From contig PBKC01000037.1 of NCBI GenBank assembly GCA_002721365.1, positions 29,501-93,500 of the forward strand: 64,000 nucleotides of DNA, written 5' to 3'. The stretch comes from Rhodospirillaceae bacterium (GTDB lineage: Bacteria > Pseudomonadota > Alphaproteobacteria > GCA-2721365). Below, one piece after another: positions 50,883-59,655 of this stretch (position 1 is its first letter; the number at the start of each line of letters is the position of its first letter). Below the pieces are notes generated by a model that saw nothing but the letters and a program-made list of their open reading frames with translations, was not told where the DNA came from and did no database searches. A program made the translations under genes and the position numbers.

Positions 50883-51835
50883 TGGTTTGGTTTCGTCGCC
50901 TCGCAGGCGTGACGATCTTCTTCACTTTCGTCCAGATCATCCTCGGCGGCGTGACGCGCCTGACCAACTCGGGCCTTTCCTGCCCCGATTGGCCGCGCTG
51001 CTACGGCATGCTGGTTCCGACGCCTGACGGAATCGCCGCGCTGGGTGGCACGGACTACGCCTACTTCCAGATCATGCTGGAATGGGTCCATCGCCTTACG
51101 GCGGGTGCCGTCGTCGGGCCGTTGGTCCTGATTCTGACGGTCCTTGCCTGGCGGCTGGCTTCGCGCCACCGCGGCCTTTTCGGGATCATGGTCACGGCCC
51201 TTCTGCTGGTGATCATCCAGGCCGGCCTCGGCGGCCTCACCGTGCTCGATCGCAACAGCCCCTGGTCGGTGGCGGTGCATCTGTCGGTCGCACTGCTGTT
51301 CCTCGCCGTTCTTCTGCTCGCCTATCGCCGTGCGGGTTCGCAAGCGCGGCCGGATGCCGTCGGTGGCGGAATCCACGCATTGGCCGGCATTGCCGCGCTG
51401 ATCGCTCTGGTCACGGTCGCGAGCGGAGCGATGATGGCCAAATCCGGCGCGTCGCTCGCCTGCACGACCTGGCCGTTCTGCAACGGCGCGGTGATCCCCG
51501 ACATGGCCGACCCCTATATCAGTCTCCATTACGGCCATCGGCTGTTGGCGTTGATCGCCTCGCTCCTGACGCTGGGGCTCGCGGCCAGCCTCAGGGGCAT
51601 GGAACGGGGGCCGGTCCGCAAGTCCGCCAACATGGCGGCGAGCGTGGTGGTGCTTCAGGTCGCCCTGGGTGCGGGTGTCGTGCTGATGGGCGTGCCGGTG
51701 TGGATCGGCGCCCTTCATCTGGCGCTCGGCGTCATCGTCTTCGGCAGCCTCGCATCCGCGTTCTGGGCCGGCAGCCGCCTCGGTTTTCCCTCTCACGGAA
51801 CGGATTCGCAGCATGGAGCCGTATCGAGAGCTTGA
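50882..51835 (+). CDS. ctaA: Heme A synthase, type 1 (Bacillus CtaA-like, two Cys pairs)
   Basis: SGLSCPDWPRCYG, EWVHR, VAVHL, SLACTTWPFCNG, HYGHR and ALHL; ATG overlaps the surf1 stop (TGATG). Confidence 0.9.
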   Translation: MVWFRRLAGVTIFFTFVQIILGGVTRLTNSGLSCPDWPRCYGMLVPTPDGIAALGGTDYAYFQIMLEWVHRLTAGAVVGPLVLILTVLAWRLASRHRGLFGIMVTALLLVIIQAGLGGLTVLDRNSPWSVAVHLSVALLFLAVLLLAYRRAGSQARPDAVGGGIHALAGIAALIALVTVASGAMMAKSGASLACTTWPFCNGAVIPDMADPYISLHYGHRLLALIASLLTLGLAASLRGMERGPVRKSANMAASVVVLQVALGAGVVLMGVPVWIGALHLALGVIVFGSLASAFWAGSRLGFPSHGTDSQHGAVSRA

Positions 51836-53303
51836 GCGCCGTTTCCGGCGCATCGCCAACATCGAAGGCGCCAGCGCGATCCTGCAGTGGGACTGGGCGA
51901 CGATGATGCCGCCCGGCGGGGCGGATTCCCGCGCCGAGCAACTCGCGACCTTGAGCGTTCTCCATCATGAGCTGATCACCGACCCGGCGATGGGCGATCT
52001 CATCGCCGCCGCCGAGGCGGACGGTGCAGCCTATGACGAATGGCAGTCGGCGAACCTGCGGGAGATGAAGCGGAAATGGCGCCATGCCGTCGCCGTGCCC
52101 GCCAGTCTGGTCGATGCCTTGTCGCGGCAGTCGGCGAAGACCGAGATGGTTTGGCGCGAAGCGCGGGCCAACGACGATTTCGCGACGTTCGCGCCGGCGC
52201 TCGGGACGCTTCTCGGCCTCGTCCGCGAAAAGGCCGCCGCCAAGGCCGCCGCTTTCGGCTGCAGCCCCTACGATGCCTTGCTTGACGGGTACGAACCGGG
52301 CGGCAGCTCGGCCCGCATCGACACCCTGTTCGACGATCTGGCGGAATTCCTCCCCGACTTCCTGGAAGGCGTTCTCGAGCATCAGGGCCGCGGGCCGGCC
52401 TTGCTGCCGTTTTCGGGTCCGTTCCCGGTGGCGAAGCAGGAGGAGCTCGGGCGCCGGCTGATGGGGGTTCTCAAGTTCCCGTTCGACCGCGGTCGGCTGG
52501 ACGTCAGTCACCACCCGTTCAGCGGCGGGACGCCCGACGACCTCCGCATCACCACCCGCTACGACGAGCAGGATTTCATGAGCTCGCTGATGGGGGTGCT
52601 GCACGAGACCGGCCACGCGCTCTACGAGCTCAACCTGCCGCAGGCATGGCGCTACCAGCCGGTGGGCGACGCCCGCGGCATGAGCATCCACGAGAGCCAG
52701 TCGCTGCTGGTCGAGATGCAGGCTTGCCGCAGCCGCGAGTTCATCACCTTCGTCGCTCCCCTGATGCGGGACGCTTTCGGCGGCGACGGGCCGGCGTGGG
52801 AGCCGGAAAACCTCCACCGCCACTACACGCGGGTCGAGCGCAGCCTGATCCGGGTCGATGCCGACGAGGTCACCTATCCGGCCCATGTCATCCTCCGCTA
52901 CCGGCTGGAGAAGGAAATGATCGACGGCGATCTCGCCGTCGCCGACCTGCCCGAGGCATGGAACGCCCAGATGCAGTCGCTGCTCGGCGTCACGCCGCCC
53001 AACGACCGGCTGGGTTGCCTTCAGGACATCCATTGGGCCGGCGGCGATTTCGGCTATTTCCCGACCTACACGCTGGGGGCGATGACGGCGGCGCAGCTCT
53101 TCGACGCCGCCTGCCGGCAGGATTCGGACATCCTTCCGTCGCTCGGGCGCGGCGATTCCGCGCCGCTTCAGGCCTGGCTGAAGGAGAACGTGCATGGTGT
53201 CGGCTCCCGTCTGGAGACCGAGGACCTGATCGCCCTTGCGACGGGTGAACCGCTTACCGATGCGGTGTACAAGCGGCACCTGAAGAACCGCTATCTGTCC
53301 TGA
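51813..53303 (+). CDS. M32 carboxypeptidase (Taq-like)
   Basis: HPF, DLRITTRY, HETGH (HEXXH), HESQS, IRVDADE, QDIHW and GYFPTY. Confidence 0.95.
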   Translation: MEPYRELERRFRRIANIEGASAILQWDWATMMPPGGADSRAEQLATLSVLHHELITDPAMGDLIAAAEADGAAYDEWQSANLREMKRKWRHAVAVPASLVDALSRQSAKTEMVWREARANDDFATFAPALGTLLGLVREKAAAKAAAFGCSPYDALLDGYEPGGSSARIDTLFDDLAEFLPDFLEGVLEHQGRGPALLPFSGPFPVAKQEELGRRLMGVLKFPFDRGRLDVSHHPFSGGTPDDLRITTRYDEQDFMSSLMGVLHETGHALYELNLPQAWRYQPVGDARGMSIHESQSLLVEMQACRSREFITFVAPLMRDAFGGDGPAWEPENLHRHYTRVERSLIRVDADEVTYPAHVILRYRLEKEMIDGDLAVADLPEAWNAQMQSLLGVTPPNDRLGCLQDIHWAGGDFGYFPTYTLGAMTAAQLFDAACRQDSDILPSLGRGDSAPLQAWLKENVHGVGSRLETEDLIALATGEPLTDAVYKRHLKNRYLS

Positions 53304-53393
53304 TACGAGCGTCCCATCTCCGGGCATCGTCGTCCTCTTATTTGACCGCGGGACGACGATGACAGGCGGACGGGAAGAGGAAAGGCGCGACCT

Positions 53394-54782
53394 GTGAAAT
53401 ACGTTTCGACGCGCGGCGGCGCGCCCGCCATCGCCTTCGACGAGGTGGTGCTTTCGGGCATGGCGCCCGACGGCGGCCTCTATCTGCCCGATCACTGGCC
53501 CGCCTTGAGCGAGGAGGCCATCGCCGCGATGGCCGGCGAGTGCTATGCGGAGGTCGCCGTTCGGGTGATGACGCCGTTCCTCGGCGACGCCATCGACCAC
53601 GAGACCTTTCGCGGGATCGTCGAAGACGCCTATGCGGGGTTCGCCAACCATGCCGTGGCGCCGCTCCGACAGATCGACGGCAGCGAATGGCTTATGGAGC
53701 TGTTCCACGGTCCCACCCTCGCCTTCAAGGATGTGGCGCTGCAGCTTCTCGGCCGGCTGTTCGAGCATCTCCTGGAGAAGAAGGGGCGGCATGTGACGAT
53801 CGTCGGCGCGACCTCGGGCGATACCGGGTCGGCGGCGATCGAGGCGTTCAAGGGGCGCGAGCACGTCACCATCGTCATTCTGCACCCCCATGGTCGGGTA
53901 TCGGAGGTGCAGCGGCGGCAGATGACGACCGTCGATGCGCCCAACGTCCACAACGTGGCCATCGACGGCAATTTCGACGACTGCCAGGCGCTGGTGAAGG
54001 AGCTGTTCGCCGATGCCGCCTTCCGCGAGGAAATCGGTCTCGCGGCCGTCAACTCGATCAACTGGGCACGGGTGATGGCGCAGGCGGTGTACTACTTCAC
54101 CGCCGCCGTCGCCCTTGGCGCGCCCGGACGCCGGGTCGCGTTCTCGGTGCCGACCGGCAATTTCGGCGACGTCTTCGCGGGCTACGTCGCGGCGCGGATG
54201 GGCTTGCCGATCGAGCGGCTGATCGTCGCCACCAACCGCAACGACATCCTCGCCCGCTTCTTCGACAGCGGCCAGTACGTGCCGGGCGACGTATCGCCGA
54301 CGCTGTCACCCAGCATGGACATCCAGGTCGCCAGCAATTTCGAGCGGCTGCTGTTCGATCTGTTCGACGGCGACGGTGCCCGTGTCGCCGCCCTGATGGA
54401 CACGCTCAAGTCCGCCCGGCGTTTCGGCGTCGACGAAGGGGTTCTCGACCGGGCCCGGACATTGTTCGATTCGACCAGCGTCGCCGAAGAGGACACAATC
54501 GAGACGATGCGCCGGCTCTACAGCGACTATGCTTTGACGATCGACCCGCACACCGCCGTCGGTGTCGCCGCGGGTCGGGTGCGCCATCACATGCCGGCAA
54601 CGCCCCTGGTCACCCTGTCGACCGCGCATCCGGCGAAGTTCCCCGATGCCGTGGTGAAGGCGACCGGGGTCCATCCGGCGCTGCCGCCTCATCTCGATGC
54701 GCTGATGACGCTGCCCGAACGGTGCACGCCTCTCGCTAATGACCTAGCGAAGCTGAGGGACTATATACGTAGGCTGAATTAG
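53394..54782 (+). CDS. thrC: Threonine synthase
   Basis: YVSTRG, LFHGPTLAFKD, ATSGDTG, NSINWAR and VPTGNFG. Confidence 0.97.
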   Translation: MKYVSTRGGAPAIAFDEVVLSGMAPDGGLYLPDHWPALSEEAIAAMAGECYAEVAVRVMTPFLGDAIDHETFRGIVEDAYAGFANHAVAPLRQIDGSEWLMELFHGPTLAFKDVALQLLGRLFEHLLEKKGRHVTIVGATSGDTGSAAIEAFKGREHVTIVILHPHGRVSEVQRRQMTTVDAPNVHNVAIDGNFDDCQALVKELFADAAFREEIGLAAVNSINWARVMAQAVYYFTAAVALGAPGRRVAFSVPTGNFGDVFAGYVAARMGLPIERLIVATNRNDILARFFDSGQYVPGDVSPTLSPSMDIQVASNFERLLFDLFDGDGARVAALMDTLKSARRFGVDEGVLDRARTLFDSTSVAEEDTIETMRRLYSDYALTIDPHTAVGVAAGRVRHHMPATPLVTLSTAHPAKFPDAVVKATGVHPALPPHLDALMTLPERCTPLANDLAKLRDYIRRLN

Positions 54783-54789
54783 AGGACTC

Positions 54790-56052
54790 ATGACGACGAC
54801 GCGAATCACCACGCTTGCCAACGGGTTGAGAGTCGCCAGCGAGGAAATGCCCTCGCTGCAGACAGCGTCGATCGGCGTATGGGTCGGCGCCGGCGCCCGC
54901 AACGAGACCGCGGAGACCAACGGCGTCTCCCACGTGCTGGAGCATATGGCGTTCAAGGGGACGCGGCAGCGGAGCGCGCGTCAGATCGCCGAGGAAATCG
55001 AAGCTGTGGGCGGGCATCTCAACGCCTATACATCCCGCGAGCAGACCGCCTATTACGCCAAGGTCCTGAAGGACGACGCCCCGCTCGCGGTCGACCTGCT
55101 GGCGGACATCCTGCAGAACTCGGTCTTCGATTCGGACGAGCTGGCGCGCGAGCGCACGGTGATCCTGCAGGAGATCGGGCAGGCCAACGACACGCCCGAC
55201 GACATCGTCTTCGACCATTTCCAGGAAGCCGCCTATCCGGAGCAGTCGATCGGGCGCCCGGTTCTCGGCACCAGCGCGCTGGTGTCGGCGGTGACCCGGG
55301 ACATGCTCCACGACTACATGGGCACCCATTACAGGCCGTCGTCGATGGTGGTGACGGCGGCCGGCCGCATCGACCATGATCGGCTGGTGGAGATGGTCGG
55401 CGAAGCCTTCGGCGATCTGTCCGGCACCAATGGCGCGCCGTTCGGGGCGGCCCACTATGTCGGCGGCGAGTTCCGCGAGGAACGGGATATCGAGCAGACG
55501 CATATCATCCTCGGCCTGGACAGCGTCCCCTACGGCGATCCGGATTTCTACGCCGTGCAGGTGCTGTCGACGCTGCTGGGCGGCGGCATGTCGTCGCGGC
55601 TGTTCCAGGAAGTGCGTGAAGTGCGGGGCCTGGCCTATTCGGTGTTTTCGTTCAACACCTCCTACCTCGACGCGGGCCTGTTCGGAATCTATGCCGGCAC
55701 CAGCCCGGAGGACGCCGACGAGGCGGTCGCGGTGATCTGCGACGAAACCCGCAAGGTGGCCGACACCGTCAGCGACGAGGAAGTCCGCCGCGCCTCGGCG
55801 CAGCTCAAGGCCGGGCTGATGATGTCGCTCGAAAGTTCGAGCTCGCGTTGCGAGCAGCTCGCCCGCCAGATCCTGATCTTCGGCCGCCGCCTGCCGCCGG
55901 AAGAGGTCGTGGCATTGATCGATCAGGTCGATGCGGCCACCATAACGCGTGTGGCGAAACGGCTGCTCTGCGGCGCGCCGGCGACGCTGGCGACGCTCGG
56001 GCCGGTGACGAAGGTTCCCGATGTCGAAACGATTCGGCAGCGGTTGATGTGA
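54790..56052 (+). CDS. M16B (MPP-like) zinc peptidase
   Basis: HVLEHMAFKGT (HXXEH), LNAYTSRE and GGGMSSRLFQEVRE.RGL.YS. Confidence 0.95.
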   Translation: MTTTRITTLANGLRVASEEMPSLQTASIGVWVGAGARNETAETNGVSHVLEHMAFKGTRQRSARQIAEEIEAVGGHLNAYTSREQTAYYAKVLKDDAPLAVDLLADILQNSVFDSDELARERTVILQEIGQANDTPDDIVFDHFQEAAYPEQSIGRPVLGTSALVSAVTRDMLHDYMGTHYRPSSMVVTAAGRIDHDRLVEMVGEAFGDLSGTNGAPFGAAHYVGGEFREERDIEQTHIILGLDSVPYGDPDFYAVQVLSTLLGGGMSSRLFQEVREVRGLAYSVFSFNTSYLDAGLFGIYAGTSPEDADEAVAVICDETRKVADTVSDEEVRRASAQLKAGLMMSLESSSSRCEQLARQILIFGRRLPPEEVVALIDQVDAATITRVAKRLLCGAPATLATLGPVTKVPDVETIRQRLM

Positions 56053-56056
56053 TTGA

Positions 56057-56296
56057 ATGAGTGAGCCGGCGCCGAAGCATACGCTCGACGCGACGGGACT
56101 GGCCTGCCCGCTGCCGGTCTTGAAGGCCAAGCGGGCGATGCGCGAGGTGGGCGACGGCGAGATACTGGAAATTTTGGCGACCGACCGTGGTGCGGTAAAG
56201 GATTTCCAGACGTTTTGTGAAGTGACGGGGCACACCCTGGAATCATGGCACGACGCAGAGGGCGTGCTGACGTTTCACATTCGGAAGAGGCCGTGA
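56057..56296 (+). CDS. tusA: TusA/SirA family sulfur carrier
   Basis: LDATGLACPLP, ATD.G...DF..FC...GH. Confidence 0.88.
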   Translation: MSEPAPKHTLDATGLACPLPVLKAKRAMREVGDGEILEILATDRGAVKDFQTFCEVTGHTLESWHDAEGVLTFHIRKRP

Positions 56297-57012
56297 TCAA
56301 TCTTCTCAAGTCGCTTTCCGAAATCATGCGCGGCCGCGCCATCGGCGGGCCCACGGTCTACCTGCGTCAGCCCCATCGCCGCGACTGGCGGAGCTGGGTT
56401 GCGCTCCGCAGCCGCTCGCATGCGTTCCTGAAGCCGTGGGAGCCGACCTGGCCCAAGGACGCGCTGACGCGGAAGGCATTCCTGCGCCGGCTGCGCGCGC
56501 ACGCCCTGCAAAGCCACTCCGATGCCGGCTATGCGTTCTTCGTGTTCCGCCGCAACGATGACGCGCTGCTGGGCGGCATCACGGTCAGCAACGTCCGCCG
56601 TGGGATCGCCCAGAGCTGCAGCGTCGGCTACTGGATCGGCGAACCCTATGCACGCCGCGGCTATATGACCGAGGCGCTGGCCTCGCTGCTGCCGTTCATT
56701 TTCGAAAATCTTCGTCTGCACCGGATCGAGGCGGCGGTGCTGCCCGAGAACGCGGCGAGCCGGGCGCTTCTGAAGAAGGTGGGCTTTCGCGAGGAAGGCT
56801 ATGCGCGGCAGTTCCTGCGCATCAACGGGGAATGGCAGGACCACGTCCTGTTCGGCATGCTCGCCGGCGATCCCCGGCCGGTCGTCCATACGGTCATCGA
56901 AGGCGGACGGGAACTACGTCCTGCGGTCGCGCCGTCGGGTGCCTTCGCGGTCTCTAGCGTCGCGGCACCGTCTCAGAACACAGTGGGTGGCAGGAACTCC
57001 TCCACGGCTTGA
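56293..57012 (+). CDS. RimJ-like GNAT N-acetyltransferase
   Basis: FLKPWEP.W, NVRRG..QS..VGYWIG, LHRIEAA..PEN.AS and INGEWQDH; GTG overlaps the tusA stop. Confidence 0.9.
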   Translation: MINLLKSLSEIMRGRAIGGPTVYLRQPHRRDWRSWVALRSRSHAFLKPWEPTWPKDALTRKAFLRRLRAHALQSHSDAGYAFFVFRRNDDALLGGITVSNVRRGIAQSCSVGYWIGEPYARRGYMTEALASLLPFIFENLRLHRIEAAVLPENAASRALLKKVGFREEGYARQFLRINGEWQDHVLFGMLAGDPRPVVHTVIEGGRELRPAVAPSGAFAVSSVAAPSQNTVGGRNSSTA

Positions 57013-57093
57013 TGCCCGTGAAGCCGAGCGGGTGATGATGAATGGCCTCTGCTCTGCGATAGCCGCCGACCGAAGGTCGTGATCGGCTCGGAT

Positions 57094-57119
57094 TGAACAT
57101 CTGCTGCGTGTGCGTCGTT
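57094..57119 (+). promoter_or_regulatory. Candidate EcfG (general stress sigma) promoter
   Basis: TGAAC-N17-CGTT, one mismatch from GGAAC-N16/17-CGTT, about 90 bp upstream of the HWE kinase. Confidence 0.45.
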
Positions 57120-57209
57120 CTTTTTTAATGCGCTTGCTGGTAGGTGAAGGCGTAAGCTGTCGCAAGGGCGAGGAACCAGCCGCAGCAGACACGGTGAAAG
57201 GGAACTCCA

Positions 57210-58562
57210 ATGCCCACAGCACCTGGAGAACCCGATTTGGCGGAAGCGATGTTGGAAACGACCTCGCAACCATTTCTGGTTCTCGACCACGAACTTCGAG
57301 TCGAGAAAGTCAACCGCGCCTTTCTCCACCAGTTTCGGGTCGCCGAGCGGGACACCCGCGGGCATACCATCCACGAACTGGGAAACGGCCAGTGGGACAT
57401 TCCCGAACTTAATCGGCTGCTCCATCAAGTGCAGGCGGACGGGGGCGCTGTGTGCGATTACCGCGTCGAGCACGAGTTTGAGCAGATCGGCAAGCGGGTG
57501 ATGCTGGTCAACGCCAATCACCTGTCGCGGCCGGCGGGTCCGGACAACCTACTCCTCGCCTTCAACGACGTGACGGAACGGGAGCGAATTCAGTTCGAAC
57601 TGGAAGGCCGGACGGAATTCGCGGAGAAGCTGATCGACAGCGTGCGCGAGGCGCTGATCGTCATGGACTGGGATTTGAGGGTGCAGTCCGCCAACCAGAG
57701 CTTCTATGAATCCTTCGGCGTTGAGCAGGCGGAAACAGAAGGGCGCCTGATCTACGAACTCGGCAACGGCCAGTGGGACATTCCCGAACTGCGCCGACTG
57801 CTCGAGGAGGTGCTGCCCAACGGCGATGCTTTCGACGACTATCTCGTCGAGCATGAATTTCCGACCATCGGCCGCCGTGCGATGCTGCTCAACGGCCGGC
57901 GCCTCGATCACCTGAATCTGATCCTGCTGGCCATCCGGGACGTTACCGAAGAACAGAACGCCGCGGCTCGCCAGCAGGCGATGATGGGCGAGCTTCGCCA
58001 CCGCGTGAAGAACATCCTCAACAATGTCCGGGCGCTGGCCGTCCAGACATGGCGGAGTAGCGATGATCCGGAGTCGTTCATCCAGGCATTCCAGTCCCGC
58101 ATCGGGGCGCTGTCGCGTGCCCAGGATCTGGTTGTGGCCAGCCCGACCGAAGCCGTCTCGATTCGCGACATCGTTCGATCCGAGCTCGTTGCGGTCGGTG
58201 CAGAGGAGGGCAGGCACTACAGTATCGACGGCCCGGACGTCCGTCTGACCCCGCGGAACGCGCAGGCCTTCGCCATGACGATCCACGAGTTGACCACGAA
58301 TGCGGCCAAGTACGGCGCTCTTTCGGTGGACGGCGGCCGTATCGATATGACCTGGAAGATGGATCGTCGCGATGGGGAGGACCGTCTGTGTTTCCGTTGG
58401 CGGGAGTCCGGTGTGCAAATCGCGGAACGCGAACCGAAGAGGGGGTTCGGTTCGAAGGTGATCGAGGAAAGCCTTCCTCACATGCTGGGCGGCAGCGCCC
58501 GGCTGAAGTTTCACCGGGACGGCGCGGAGTGCCTCGTCGAATATCCGATACCCCCTGACTGA
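57210..58562 (+). CDS. PAS-PAS HWE-family histidine kinase
   Basis: Two PAS repeats (ELGNGQWDIPEL twice); ELRHRVKN H-box; HELTTNAAKYG; WRESG; GFGS. Confidence 0.92.
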   Translation: MPTAPGEPDLAEAMLETTSQPFLVLDHELRVEKVNRAFLHQFRVAERDTRGHTIHELGNGQWDIPELNRLLHQVQADGGAVCDYRVEHEFEQIGKRVMLVNANHLSRPAGPDNLLLAFNDVTERERIQFELEGRTEFAEKLIDSVREALIVMDWDLRVQSANQSFYESFGVEQAETEGRLIYELGNGQWDIPELRRLLEEVLPNGDAFDDYLVEHEFPTIGRRAMLLNGRRLDHLNLILLAIRDVTEEQNAAARQQAMMGELRHRVKNILNNVRALAVQTWRSSDDPESFIQAFQSRIGALSRAQDLVVASPTEAVSIRDIVRSELVAVGAEEGRHYSIDGPDVRLTPRNAQAFAMTIHELTTNAAKYGALSVDGGRIDMTWKMDRRDGEDRLCFRWRESGVQIAEREPKRGFGSKVIEESLPHMLGGSARLKFHRDGAECLVEYPIPPD

Positions 58563-58575
58563 GAAAGGCCTTGGC

Positions 58576-58944
58576 ATGCCTCAGTTTCTGGTCGGACAAA
58601 CCATCCTGGTTCTGGAGGACGAGTACCTCGTGGCTCTCGACGTCAGCGAGACGATCGAGCAATGGGGGGGACAGGTGGCGGGGCCCGTCGGACGCCTCAG
58701 TCAGGCGTTCGTGCCGCTTGAATCCAACGGGCTGGACGGGGCGGTACTCGATGTGTCCCTGGACGGCGACACGTCCTATCCGCTGGCCGATGCGTTGGCG
58801 GAAAAGGGAATCCCGTTTCTGTTCATGACCGGATACGGATCGGCCACCCTGCCCGAGCGCTTCGCCGAAAAGCCGAGGCTCACCAAGCCATTCTCCGATC
58901 TGGCGGCCGAAAGGCTGTTTCAGGAAGTGTTCGGAGCCGGCTGA
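58576..58944 (+). CDS. Single-domain response regulator (FxTGY type)
   Basis: LVLEDE, AVLDVSL, PFLFMTGYG and KPF. Confidence 0.92.
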   Translation: MPQFLVGQTILVLEDEYLVALDVSETIEQWGGQVAGPVGRLSQAFVPLESNGLDGAVLDVSLDGDTSYPLADALAEKGIPFLFMTGYGSATLPERFAEKPRLTKPFSDLAAERLFQEVFGAG

Positions 58945-58956
58945 CCGACCCCGTGC

Positions 58957-59523
58957 TCAGGCGTGTCCGGTGAGGGAGGAGAGCGCCGAGAGGTCGATGC
59001 CGACCTTGGCCAGCGCCCGTTCCCATTTGTCGTCGTTGGCGGAAGCGAACACCAGCTCCGGATCGGCGGCGACGTTCAGCCAGCCATTGGCCTGAATCTC
59101 GCCGTCGAGCTGGCCGGGCGACCAACCGGCATAGCCCAGGGCCAGAATGGACTTCGACGGGCCGCTGCCGTCGGCGATTGACTTCAGCACGTCGACGGTT
59201 GCCGTCAGGGCGAATTCCTCGTTCACCACCAGGGTCGACTCCTGGACGTAGTCGGTGGTGTGGAGAACGAAGCCACGGCTCGATTCGACGGGACCGCCGA
59301 AATGCACGCGGATCTGGTCGTCGATTTCGCCCAGTTCGATCCCCATCTGGTCCATCAGCTCGGCGAAGGTCAGCGAACCGATCGGCTTATTGATCACCAG
59401 CCCCATTGCCCCATCGGCCGAGTGCGCGCACATGTAGATGACCGTTCGCGCAAACCGCGGGTCGCTCATCTGCGGCATGGCGATCAGCAATTGTCCCTGC
59501 AGATAGCTGGAGTCGGTGTCCAT
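58957..59523 (-). CDS. YqgE/AlgH family protein
   Basis: LLIAMP.M.DPRF, GAMGLVIN, GGPV...RGFVLH and LGYAGW..GQL..E. Confidence 0.95.
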   Translation of the reverse strand: MDTDSSYLQGQLLIAMPQMSDPRFARTVIYMCAHSADGAMGLVINKPIGSLTFAELMDQMGIELGEIDDQIRVHFGGPVESSRGFVLHTTDYVQESTLVVNEEFALTATVDVLKSIADGSGPSKSILALGYAGWSPGQLDGEIQANGWLNVAADPELVFASANDDKWERALAKVGIDLSALSSLTGHA

Positions 59524-59655
59524 AAAAGCCCTGTCGTTTAACGTCGCTGTTGCCGGAGCGGACTCGAGTCGCGGAAACGTGACAGGCGGTCGGCTGCCCC
59601 CTCATCATATATGTTGGCAATTGTGACATGCCATTGCCGACGTAAGCCATTGTCG

